From positions 1 to 60,858 of the forward strand of contig MNEG01000043.1 in the NCBI GenBank assembly GCA_001917585.1: DNA of 60,858 nt. The letters run 5' to 3'. This document shows positions 50,168-59,101 of this stretch, piece after piece (positions within the stretch are counted from its first letter, which is position 1; every line of letters begins with the position of its first letter). Under the pieces are notes generated by a model. That model searched no databases. It had not been told where the DNA came from and worked only from the letters and a program-made list of their open reading frames with translations. The position numbers were made by a program, and so were the translations under genes. Source of the DNA: Candidatus Rokubacteria bacterium 13_1_40CM_68_15. GTDB lineage: Bacteria > Methylomirabilota > Methylomirabilia > Rokubacteriales > CSP1-6.

Positions 50168-51079
50168 ATGATCCTCAAGGACAGGGTGGCGGTGGTAACC
50201 GGCGCAGCACGCGGAATCGGGCGCGAGATTGCCCTCTTGATGGCCCGGCTCGGCGCCCGCGTGGTGGTGAACGACTACGGCGGCTCCGAGGGTGGCCAGG
50301 GCGCCACCCAGGCTCCCGCGAACGAGGTGGTGGAGGAGATCCGGAAGGCCGGCGGCCAGGCCGTGGCCAACTACGACTCGGTCGCGACGATGGCCGGGGG
50401 CGAGCACATCGTCCAGACGGCGATCGACGCCTTCGGGCGCGTGGATATCGTCGTCAACAACGCCGGAATCCTCCGAGACCGGATGATCTTCAACATGACC
50501 GAGGAAGAGTGGGACGCCGTCCTGAACACGCACCTGAAGGGCACCTTCGCGGTCACGCGGGCGGCGGCGCCGCGGATGAAGGAGCAGCGCGCGGGGCGCT
50601 TCATCAACATGACGTCCACCTCCGGCCTCGTTGGCAACATCGGGCAGGCTAACTACGCGGCGGCCAAGCTCGGCATCGTAGGACTGACCAAGGTGGTGGC
50701 CCTGGACATGGCACGCTACAACGTCACCGCCAATTGCATCTCCCCATTCGCCTGGACGCGCATGATCGGCACCATCCCGACCGAGACGGACGCTCAGAAG
50801 GCCCGCGTCGAGAAGATCAAGAAGATGTCGCCCGCCCACATTGCCCCGGTGGCGGCCTTCCTCGCCTCCGATGCGGCCAAGGACATCACCGGTCAGGTCA
50901 TCGGGGTCCGGGGCAAGGAGATCATGCTCTTCGGGCACATGCGTCCCATCATGCGAATCCATCACGCCGACGGCTGGACGGTCGAACGCCTGTCCGAGAT
51001 GTGCGCCGGAACGCTGCAGCACCACCTCGTCCCGCTCGACACGTCTGGTCAGTATTTCAACTACGACCCTCTCGTCTAG
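50168..51079 (+). CDS. SDR oxidoreductase (hydroxyacyl-CoA dehydrogenase-like)
   Basis: TGAARGIG, VVVNDYG, NNAGILRD, GQANYAAAKLG. Confidence 0.92.
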   Translation: MILKDRVAVVTGAARGIGREIALLMARLGARVVVNDYGGSEGGQGATQAPANEVVEEIRKAGGQAVANYDSVATMAGGEHIVQTAIDAFGRVDIVVNNAGILRDRMIFNMTEEEWDAVLNTHLKGTFAVTRAAAPRMKEQRAGRFINMTSTSGLVGNIGQANYAAAKLGIVGLTKVVALDMARYNVTANCISPFAWTRMIGTIPTETDAQKARVEKIKKMSPAHIAPVAAFLASDAAKDITGQVIGVRGKEIMLFGHMRPIMRIHHADGWTVERLSEMCAGTLQHHLVPLDTSGQYFNYDPLV

Positions 51080-51108
51080 CTCATTCGGCTGTCAGGTTTT
51101 CCGACGGT

Positions 51109-51139
51109 GGCGGCGATTCACTCGCCGCCCAGATTTTTG
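51109..51139 (+). terminator. Probable Rho-independent terminator
   Basis: GGCGGCGA-TTCAC-TCGCCGCC followed by CAGATTTTTG. Confidence 0.5.
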
Positions 51140-51242
51140 TCAGTCTCACAATTGAACTTTCCACAAAAAATTTTGTGAAATCCTCTTCCCCTTCTTCGAA
51201 GTTCGTGTAAGAATCCCCGTCCGAGTAGGAAAGGGTTTTCAT

Positions 51243-52085
51243 ACGAGACACCTGGGCCTGTTCGTCCTACTGATCGTCGCGCTCGTCTCGGGCTGCGGTA
51301 GCGGCCGTCTTGTCGTTCCCGTCACGATCGAGCCCAGTCTGCTGACGCTCCCCGACAGCTCGCGCGTCATGACGACGCACGAACAGGCCGTCCGTGGCAT
51401 TGCGGCCATCCTCGTGAGCGATCTACATCTGCCGGTGCCCGAGCAGGTCACCGTCTTCGTCTATGACTCGCGGCGGGTGTTCGAGCGCGGGCTCGTCAAC
51501 GACGCCAACGTGTCGCCCGCGCGTGCCGCCGAGCTGTCCGACTTCGCCATCGGCATCGGCAAGCGGCGGCAGCTCCTCCTCAACGATGAAGGCGCCGACC
51601 GGGCCGGCCGCGAGTGGCTCCGACTGATTGCCCACGAGATGGCCCACGTCTGTCAGATCGAGCTCGCTCAGGGCGAGGGCCTCGCCGAGCAGTGGCTGGC
51701 CGAGGGCATGGCGGAGTGGGTCGCCTTCCGCGTGCTCGAGCGCCTGGGGATGGACTCGATGGAGCGCCGGCGGACGGTTTCCCGGTCTGGCATCCGCAAT
51801 CACGCTGCCCTCGTCGCAGCTCGTCTCGACCTCGAGACGCTCGGCTCCCCGCGGGGGTTCACGGTGCGCCATCGCAAGGAGGGCTCGCTGCCCACCTACC
51901 AGCTGGCGTTCCTGATGGCGGATTACCTCATCGAGCGTGACGGCTTCGACCGGGTGGTCGAGTACTTCCGCTCGTTCTCGCGCGGCCAGGATCGCCAGGG
52001 CAACTTCAGCCGCGCCTTCGGTCAGAGCATCGAGCAGTTCGAGCGCGAGGTTCTGGCGTACCTGAAGTCGTCGGTTGCCCCGTAG
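51243..52085 (+). CDS. Lipoprotein with gluzincin (peptidase MA-like) motif; non-canonical start
   Basis: In-frame signal RHLGLFVLLIVALVSG-C upstream of the first ATG (51369); IAHEMAH...WLAEGMAEW. Confidence 0.75.
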   Translation, partial: TRHLGLFVLLIVALVSGCGSGRLVVPVTIEPSLLTLPDSSRVMTTHEQAVRGIAAILVSDLHLPVPEQVTVFVYDSRRVFERGLVNDANVSPARAAELSDFAIGIGKRRQLLLNDEGADRAGREWLRLIAHEMAHVCQIELAQGEGLAEQWLAEGMAEWVAFRVLERLGMDSMERRRTVSRSGIRNHAALVAARLDLETLGSPRGFTVRHRKEGSLPTYQLAFLMADYLIERDGFDRVVEYFRSFSRGQDRQGNFSRAFGQSIEQFEREVLAYLKSSVAP

Positions 52086-53445
52086 TCCCGCCACCTACCA
52101 CACCCTCCGGCTGATCGGCGTCGCCCTGCTGGCCGCAGCAGCGTCCGTCGCTGCCGCCGCGCCGGCCGTGCTCGTTGCCGTGGGGGAGGTGACGCCGACA
52201 TCGGCCGTGCTGTGGATGCGCGGCGCTGGTGCGGGCTCGGTGACCATCGCCTACGGTCCAGCGGGCGCGCCTCCCGCATCGACGGTCAGCGTCGCCGTGA
52301 CGGCAGCGACAGATCTCACCGGCCAGGTCAAACTTGCGGGCCTCGCTCCCGGGACGCGTCACGCCTATCGCGTCCAGAGCCATGGCGCGACCGCCGATGG
52401 AGAATTCGTCACGGCGCCGGCTCCCGATGCCCCGACCCGCGTGCGCTTCGTGTGGAGCGGCGACCTCGGCGGCGGGAAGCTCTGCCGTCCGCTGGAGGGC
52501 GGCTACAAGATCTTCCGCGCCATGGCGGCCTCCAGGCCCGACTTCTTCCTCTTCGTCGGCGACACCATCTACGCCGATCATCGCTGTGGCGGACCCGACG
52601 TGGTGCCCGGCACCGACTTCGTCGCGACGACGCTCCGCGGGTACCACACCAAGCATCGCTACAACCGCGAGGATCCCGCCGCGGCCGCGTTCTACGCGTC
52701 CACCGCGGTGCTGCCGATCTGGGACGATCACGAGGTCCGGAACGATTTCTCGGGCCGCGACGAGCCGCTGATGCCGACGGGACGGCAGGCCTTCCTCGAT
52801 TACTGGCCCATCGCGCCTCCGGCCGAGGAGCCCGGACGTCTGTACCGTCAGTTCCGCTGGGGCCGACTGCTCGAGGTCTTCATCCTGGACACGCGCCAGT
52901 ACCGCAGCTCGAACCGGGATCCGGACGGACCCGGCAAGACCATGCTGGGCGCCGCGCAGCGGCGGTGGCTGGTCGACGGCGTGACGGCGTCGTCGGCCAC
53001 CTGGAAGGTCATCGTCTCGAGCGTGCCGCTCTCGGTCCCGACGGGTCCTCCGGCCGCGCACGACTCGTGGTCCAACGCGAGCATCTTCGGCGTGCCCGAA
53101 GACAACACCACCGGCTTCGCCTTCGAGCGCGACTTCATCCTGCGTGCGTTCCGCGACCGCGCCGTCAAGAACGTCGTATTCCTCGCCGCCGACGTGCATC
53201 ACGCCGAGCTGATCCGTCATCACCCCACGCCGGGCTTCTCGTTCTACGAGTTCATCGCCGGACCGCTGTCGGCCACGCAGGGCCGGCCGCGCGCCCTCGA
53301 CCAGGGACTGAACCCGCGCTCGCTCTTCGCCCGCGGCGGTGTCAACAACTTCGGCGAGATCACGGTGGAGCCCAATCTGCTCAGCGTGCGGATCATCGAC
53401 GACGACGGCGGGGCGCTCTTCACGCACGCGATGGGACCGGAGTGA
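52075..53445 (+). CDS. PhoD-like alkaline phosphatase, copy 1
   Basis: GEVTPTSAVLW, FVGDTIYAD, WDDHEVRND, LDTRQYR, ADVHH. Confidence 0.92.
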   Translation: MPRSPATYHTLRLIGVALLAAAASVAAAAPAVLVAVGEVTPTSAVLWMRGAGAGSVTIAYGPAGAPPASTVSVAVTAATDLTGQVKLAGLAPGTRHAYRVQSHGATADGEFVTAPAPDAPTRVRFVWSGDLGGGKLCRPLEGGYKIFRAMAASRPDFFLFVGDTIYADHRCGGPDVVPGTDFVATTLRGYHTKHRYNREDPAAAAFYASTAVLPIWDDHEVRNDFSGRDEPLMPTGRQAFLDYWPIAPPAEEPGRLYRQFRWGRLLEVFILDTRQYRSSNRDPDGPGKTMLGAAQRRWLVDGVTASSATWKVIVSSVPLSVPTGPPAAHDSWSNASIFGVPEDNTTGFAFERDFILRAFRDRAVKNVVFLAADVHHAELIRHHPTPGFSFYEFIAGPLSATQGRPRALDQGLNPRSLFARGGVNNFGEITVEPNLLSVRIIDDDGGALFTHAMGPE

Positions 53446-54830
53446 CCGTGCGCCCGTTCAACCTCATCTCGTCGGCGCTCCTGGTGCTCTCGATGGTCCC
53501 GACCGGCCTCGGTCCAGCCGCGCCGGTGGCGGTGCCGGCGCCGGCCGGTTTGCTGGTGACCGTCAGCGAGGTGGCCGACGCCGCCGCCACGATCTGGACG
53601 CGTAGCGAGAGCGAGCGCGTCCGTGTTCGCTACGCGCCGGTCGGGGACGCGGAGTCTCTGGTCGAGGTGCAGGAACGTCCCGATCCGGATCGCGACTTCA
53701 CGGCCGCGGTGCGACTGCGCGGGCTGCGACCCGGCACACGCTACGCCTACGAGGTCCTCGACGACGGCGACCGTGCCGACGGCCAGTTCACGACAGCACC
53801 GGCCGCCCATGCGAACGCTTCCGTCCGGTTGCTCTGGAGCGGCGACCTGGGCGGCAAGGGACATTGCCGCGACATCGAGGACGGCTATCCGATCTTCCGC
53901 CCGATGGCCCAGCGCCACCCCGACCTCTTCCTCTTCGTCGGCGACACGATCTACGCCGACCAGCGCTGCGGCCACGGCGCGTTCGTGCCCGGCGCTGATT
54001 TCGTCGCGACGACCCTCGACGGCTACCACGCCAAGCATCGGTACAACCGCGCGGATCAGCTCGTGCAGCGGTTTTTCCGGAACACCGCCGTGTATGCGAC
54101 CTGGGACGACCACGAGGTCGAGAACAACTTCTGGGGGTCGGAAGACCCCTTGATGCCCCTGGGCCGCCGCGCGTTCTTCGACTACTTTCCGATCGTCGCA
54201 TCGGCCACGGACCCCGAGCGCCTCTATCGCCGCGTGCGCTGGGGGCGCAACGTCGAGATCTTCATTCTCGACACCCGCCAGTACCGGAGCTCGAACTGGA
54301 TGGCGGACGGGCCGGGCAAGACGATGCTGGGTCCGACACAACGTCGGTGGCTGATCGAGGGCGTGACCATCTCCGACGCGACCTGGAAGATCGTCGTGAC
54401 GTCGGTCCCGCTGGGCGTGTTCACCGGAGGCGGCGCCGCCGACTCGTGGTCGAACGCCAACCTCCTGGGGCTGCCGCGGCGCAGCGGCACCGGATTCGTG
54501 AACGAGCGCGACGAGATCTTGCGAGGGTTGCACGATAGAGGCGTCCACAATGTCGTCTTCGTCGCCTGCGAAGTCCACCACGGCGAGGTTGTCCGTCACG
54601 AGCCATTCCCCGGCTACGTCATTCACGAGTTCCTGGCCGGACCACTGGCGGCGCGGGCCGGCTATCCGCTACCGCTCGACCGCTCGCTGCGGTCGCGCTC
54701 GCTGGGGTCGCTCGGCCTGGCGCTGAACTTCGGTGAGATCGAGGCCGACGGCGAGGCTCTCCAGGTACGCATCATCGACGCGGCCGGCGCGGTCCGCGTC
54801 TCACAGCGGATTCCAGCGCTCAGGAACTGA
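53442..54830 (+). CDS. PhoD-like alkaline phosphatase, copy 2
   Basis: FVGDTIYAD, WDDHEVENN, LDTRQYR, CEVHH; GTGA overlap with copy 1. Confidence 0.9.
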   Translation: MTVRPFNLISSALLVLSMVPTGLGPAAPVAVPAPAGLLVTVSEVADAAATIWTRSESERVRVRYAPVGDAESLVEVQERPDPDRDFTAAVRLRGLRPGTRYAYEVLDDGDRADGQFTTAPAAHANASVRLLWSGDLGGKGHCRDIEDGYPIFRPMAQRHPDLFLFVGDTIYADQRCGHGAFVPGADFVATTLDGYHAKHRYNRADQLVQRFFRNTAVYATWDDHEVENNFWGSEDPLMPLGRRAFFDYFPIVASATDPERLYRRVRWGRNVEIFILDTRQYRSSNWMADGPGKTMLGPTQRRWLIEGVTISDATWKIVVTSVPLGVFTGGGAADSWSNANLLGLPRRSGTGFVNERDEILRGLHDRGVHNVVFVACEVHHGEVVRHEPFPGYVIHEFLAGPLAARAGYPLPLDRSLRSRSLGSLGLALNFGEIEADGEALQVRIIDAAGAVRVSQRIPALRN

Positions 54831-56736
54831 GCGCGGGCTTCCGGGTCCGCCACCACCAGGCGAGCCACGCGGCGGCCGCCGCGACGCTCAGCCCGGTCGC
54901 TCCCAGCTCCACCGACGTCGCGCCGTAGTGGAGCTCGATGGGGCCGCGACCGTCGTCGAGCCGGACCTCGAGATCCCAGGCCGGACCGCGCCGCGAGGCA
55001 AGCGATGTGCCGCCTCGCTGAGCGCGCCAGAGCGGATAGTATGCGACGTGCATCGACACCCAGTCGCCGGCCTTGCCGTCCACGGCGACGGTCCAGCGAC
55101 CGGCGGCGAGGCCGATCGGGATGGTGGCGTCCAAACGCCGCTCGAGGATCATGAACGGCCCGACGGTCGAGCGTCGCCCGAACGCGGGATCATCGGCGAG
55201 CGCCTGGAGCTTCGGCAGGTCCTCGTCGAGAACGACCACTGCGCTGACGCCGAGACGATCGGCCAGCGTGTTGAACGTCGCCGTGTCCAGTCCATCGAGG
55301 TCGCGCCCGAAGAGCGAATGGCCATCCAGGCGCTCGACGAGCGTGGTGATGGCGCCCGGCTCGGGCGACCCGCGATACACGAGCTTGGCAACCGGCGAGG
55401 GGTGTGTGAAGGTCCCGTTCACGATCTCGCGTCCGGCGTGGATCGGCGTGAGCGCCGTGACGTGAGTGTGGGGCCGCCACCATTCGTCACCGAAGACCAG
55501 CGGCGCACCTGACCTCACGAACAGCACACGCCCGGCCGACGATTTTCGCAGCGCCTCCCAGAGCGACTCGAGCTGAAGGCCCCGTGCGGTTGCCGCGTAG
55601 GACGGCCAGTCGGCCGCGCGCGGCCACAGCACCAGCGTGCGGTTGACCGTGCCGACCGCTGCCACCGTGGCGACCGCGGTGACGATGGTGGCCGTCGATA
55701 CCCATCCGCGCTGGCGCATGAACGAGCCGAAGGTCGATCCGGCTGCGACGATGAACGCCATCCACATGCCGTCGACGACCCGATCGGCGGGGAGCCATCG
55801 CATGCCGAGCGGCTCCAACACCGCCCCGTCGACGAGCACCACGAGAGCAGTCGCCCAGGGCCAGCGCTGGAGAATCCGGGCGGCGGGCGGTGGACTCGTG
55901 ACGAGCGGCAGCGCCAGCAAGGCCATCACCGGCAGCAAGGGATGCCGCGCCAGCAGCGTGCCCACGTCGCCGAGCGTCAGGCTGCCCCAGGCGAGCGCTC
56001 GTGTGTGGCCGAGTCGTATCAGCAGTGGCAGGGTCCAGAACGACGTGAGCGCCACTGCGTCGGCCAAGAGGACGGCGGCTTCGACCATCCGACGGGCGCG
56101 CGGTCCCGGAGCCGAGAGGGCGGCGACGACGACGAGCGTCGCTGCCGCCGGCGTGTGGGCGGGATGCGTCACGACGATCGCCGCCATGGTGATGAGCGCG
56201 AGGCCCCACGGCGGCGGCGCCTCATGCTCGGTCCAGTGGATGAGGGCCAGCGCGAGCAGCGGCAGCAGCGCCCATCCGAACCGTGCGGGCAGCATTCCGA
56301 TGTGAACCCCGCCCTCGACGCCACTGACAACGCCCGACGAAAGCGTGAGCGCAACCAGGGCGCCGGGCAACGCCAGCCAGCCATTGCCGACAACACGCAC
56401 GAGCAGCGCATAGACGGTCACGCCCGGCGCCAGCCAGGTCAGCCACAGCAGGGCCTGGTAGATCACATCCGTGGAGAGCGTGCCGAGCGAGACCCAGTGC
56501 AGAAGAAGGCCGACATAGAAGAAGCCGGGCGGATAGAACTGCATCTCGGGGTAGCCGGTCCACCATCCGGGATTCCACGTCCACGGCGCGGCGCCCCGCG
56601 TGAGCACGTGCCACAGCCGGTACACCTGGCCAGGATGATCGTCGAAGGCGGGTACCGCGAACCCGAACGCCGAAGCGCCGAAGCCGAGGCCGTACGCCAG
56701 CAGCAACGCGAGCGGAACGAAGCGGCTCCGCGCCAC
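54820..56736 (-). CDS. Multi-TM GT-C-like membrane protein (PTPS-related/YfhO-like)
   Basis: DDHPGQ, WNPGWWTGYPEMQFYPPG, many TMs, C-terminal AYYPLWRA and terminal TM; start estimated. Confidence 0.7.
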   Translation of the reverse strand: MARSRFVPLALLLAYGLGFGASAFGFAVPAFDDHPGQVYRLWHVLTRGAAPWTWNPGWWTGYPEMQFYPPGFFYVGLLLHWVSLGTLSTDVIYQALLWLTWLAPGVTVYALLVRVVGNGWLALPGALVALTLSSGVVSGVEGGVHIGMLPARFGWALLPLLALALIHWTEHEAPPPWGLALITMAAIVVTHPAHTPAAATLVVVAALSAPGPRARRMVEAAVLLADAVALTSFWTLPLLIRLGHTRALAWGSLTLGDVGTLLARHPLLPVMALLALPLVTSPPPAARILQRWPWATALVVLVDGAVLEPLGMRWLPADRVVDGMWMAFIVAAGSTFGSFMRQRGWVSTATIVTAVATVAAVGTVNRTLVLWPRAADWPSYAATARGLQLESLWEALRKSSAGRVLFVRSGAPLVFGDEWWRPHTHVTALTPIHAGREIVNGTFTHPSPVAKLVYRGSPEPGAITTLVERLDGHSLFGRDLDGLDTATFNTLADRLGVSAVVVLDEDLPKLQALADDPAFGRRSTVGPFMILERRLDATIPIGLAAGRWTVAVDGKAGDWVSMHVAYYPLWRAQRGGTSLASRRGPAWDLEVRLDDGRGPIELHYGATSVELGATGLSVAAAAAWLAWWWRTRKPALSS

Positions 56737-56887
56737 GGCGACGGATGATACTTCACTTGCACGATCGAGGAGTTCGCCGAGTTCTTCGATTGACTTCGCG
56801 CACAGTTCATTGTTAAGTATGCGAAATGTCTTGCTGTCGGTGCAGTACAACTCGGGGCTCAATTCCCCTACCGATGGAGACGCGCTC

Positions 56888-58135
56888 ATGGAGAAGTTGA
56901 GAGGCTTGAAGTGCCGCGAGTGTGGTCGCGGCTACCCGTCGGCTCCCGTTCACGTCTGCGAGTTCTGTTTCGGTCCCCTCGAGGTCGATTACCACTACGA
57001 AGCACTGAAGGGGGTCGTCACCCGTCAGTCGATCGCCGCCGGTCCGCCCAGCATGTGGAGGTACAAGGACCTGCTGCCGATCGACGGCGACGTCGCGGTC
57101 GGCCACCACGTCGGCTTCACGCCGATGGTTCGCGCGCGAAACCTCGCCGACGAGCTGGGCTGTCGCGAGATCTGGATCAAGAACGACTCGGTGAGCCATC
57201 CCACGTGGTCATTCAAGGACCGCGTGGTGGCCGTCGCGGTGACGAAAGCGCTCGAGTTCGGCTTCGACACGGTGGCGTGCGCGTCCACCGGCAACCTCGC
57301 GAACTCGGTGGCCGCCCACGCCGCCGAGGCGCGGCTCAAGTCGTACATCTTCATCCCCGCCGACCTGGAGCAGGGCAAGATCCTGGCCACGCTCGTCTAC
57401 AACCCGACGCTGGTGGCCGTCGAGGGCACCTACGACGAGGTCAACCGGCTCTGCTCCGAGATCGCCGACAAGTACCGCTGGGCGTTCGTCAACGTGAATT
57501 TTCGACCCTACTATTCCGAGGGATCGAAGAGTTACGGCTTCGAAATCGTGGAACAACTGGGCTGGCGGACCCCTGACCATATCGTCGTGCCCTGCGCCGG
57601 GGGCTCGCTCATCACGAAGATCTGGAAGGCCATCAAGGAGTTCAAGACGCTGGGTCTCATCGAGGGCCCGGTGCGGACGCACATGCATGCCGCGCAAGCC
57701 GAAGGCTGCGGCCCGATCGTCACGATGATCAAGAACGACACGGATGTGCTCAAGCCGGTCCGGCCGAAGACGATCGCCAAGTCGCTGGCCATCGGCAACC
57801 CCGCCGACGGCTTCTACGCGTACCGCACGACCAAGGACTCCGGCGGCTTCGGCGCCCACGCCACCGACGAGGAAATCATCGAAGGCATGCTGCTGCTGGC
57901 GCGGACCGAGGGCATCTTCACCGAGACAGCGGGCGGCGTCACGGTGGCCGCGACCAGGAAGCTCATCGAGACCGGCGTCATCCCGCGCGATCAGTCGGTC
58001 GTCATCTCTATCACCGGCAACGGGCTCAAGACGCCCGACGCCCTGTACGACCGCCTGGAGACGCACGTGAAGATCCGTCCGACGCTGTCAGCGTTCGATC
58101 GGGCCCTGACCGATCTGAAGTCGCAGACCAACTGA
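56888..58135 (+). CDS. thrC: Threonine synthase (family)
   Basis: N-terminal CxxC..CxxC, MWRY, TWSFKDR (PLP Lys), ASTGN, EGSKS, ITGNGLK. Confidence 0.9.
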   Translation: MEKLRGLKCRECGRGYPSAPVHVCEFCFGPLEVDYHYEALKGVVTRQSIAAGPPSMWRYKDLLPIDGDVAVGHHVGFTPMVRARNLADELGCREIWIKNDSVSHPTWSFKDRVVAVAVTKALEFGFDTVACASTGNLANSVAAHAAEARLKSYIFIPADLEQGKILATLVYNPTLVAVEGTYDEVNRLCSEIADKYRWAFVNVNFRPYYSEGSKSYGFEIVEQLGWRTPDHIVVPCAGGSLITKIWKAIKEFKTLGLIEGPVRTHMHAAQAEGCGPIVTMIKNDTDVLKPVRPKTIAKSLAIGNPADGFYAYRTTKDSGGFGAHATDEEIIEGMLLLARTEGIFTETAGGVTVAATRKLIETGVIPRDQSVVISITGNGLKTPDALYDRLETHVKIRPTLSAFDRALTDLKSQTN

Positions 58136-58147
58136 CGGAGGAGCCTC

Positions 58148-58423
58148 ATGCCGCTGGTACGCATTCCGACGCCGCTGCGTGCGCTCACCAAGGGGAGCGC
58201 CGAAGTGCAGGCCAAGGGCGGCAGCGTCGCCGCCGTGGTCGACGACCTCGAGCGCCAGTTCCCGGGTCTGCGCGAGCGCCTGGTGGACGAGGGCGGTGAG
58301 CTCCGTCGGTTCATCAACATCTACGTCAACGAAGAGGACATCCGGTTCCTCGATGGCAAGAAGACCGTGCTCAAGGAGAGTGACCAGGTGTCGATCGTCC
58401 CCGCCATCGCCGGAGGCGCCTGA
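58148..58423 (+). CDS. MoaD/CysO-like ubiquitin-fold sulfur carrier
   Basis: VRIPTPLR, LRRFINIYVNEEDIRF, IVPAIAGG(A). Confidence 0.92.
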   Translation: MPLVRIPTPLRALTKGSAEVQAKGGSVAAVVDDLERQFPGLRERLVDEGGELRRFINIYVNEEDIRFLDGKKTVLKESDQVSIVPAIAGGA

Positions 58424-58438
58424 GCGCCGGTGCTCGCC

Positions 58439-58681
58439 ATGGCCCGCCTGCGCGTGCGTCTGACGTTTCCCGCCAACCTGATCCAGGAGCCGATCCTCTA
58501 TCGCCTGGTGAAGGACTTCGACATCGTCATCAACATCCGGCGCGCCGACGTGAAGGCCGACTACGGGTGGGTGGCGCTGGAGATGGAGGCGGACGAAGGG
58601 ACGCTCCAGCGGGGCGTCGAATGGCTCAAGCAGCGCGGCGTCCAGGTCGATCCCATCGAACGCGACGTCATCGTCCCCTGA
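58439..58681 (+). CDS. NIL domain protein
   Basis: LTFP..LIQEPILY.LVK.FDIVINIRRADV...GWVALE...GVQVDPIE. Confidence 0.85.
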   Translation: MARLRVRLTFPANLIQEPILYRLVKDFDIVINIRRADVKADYGWVALEMEADEGTLQRGVEWLKQRGVQVDPIERDVIVP

Positions 58682-58702
58682 CGCGCGCGTGATTGCTTGG
58701 TC

Positions 58703-58831
58703 GGCGGCCGGGGCTGGTATGCCCCTCGTCGACCACGCCATCCGACGTTACTTCGCGGCCAGTTCGACACGCGTGTCCGAGACAGTGCCCTGAGACACGG
58801 GTCTCCGAGGGGCACACCAGCTCCGGCCGCC
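58703..58831 (-). ncRNA. Unassigned structured element, copy 1
   Basis: 26-bp terminal stem (58703-28/58806-31) enclosing a 77-nt core; strand inferred. Confidence 0.5.
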
Positions 58832-58907
58832 ACCACGCAGGCACGTGCTCGCGAGGAGCGGTAACATCGCGTCCATGTTCGCTGACGCGCGCGTGGTCGC
58901 GTATACG

Positions 58908-59030
58908 GGCGGGGGCTGGCGTGTTACTCGTCGACCACGCCTCCTGACACTGCTTGAAGTCCCGTTCCACACGCAACTCCGAGACATTACCCTGATACAC
59001 GGGTCTCCGAGCAACACACCAGCCCCCGCC
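58908..59030 (-). ncRNA. Unassigned structured element, copy 2
   Basis: 23-bp terminal stem (58908-30/59008-30) enclosing a homologous 77-nt core; both stem mismatches are G-U pairs on the minus strand. Confidence 0.5.
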
Positions 59031-59101
59031 GTCGATCACGTGGCCACGCTCCTCAGGGCCGTTGCCTCCCGGTCGATGACGTCAACCAAGCCCTTACGGC
59101 C

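Noticed and set aside
58790-58806. CTGAGACACGG resembles a 16S rRNA segment
   Set aside because: Only about 11 nt with no flanking rRNA homology; likely chance.
58703-59030. Glycine/SAM riboswitch, 6S RNA, hammerhead or retron ncRNA identity for the tandem elements
   Set aside because: I could not find the diagnostic cores of these families, and no reverse transcriptase is nearby.
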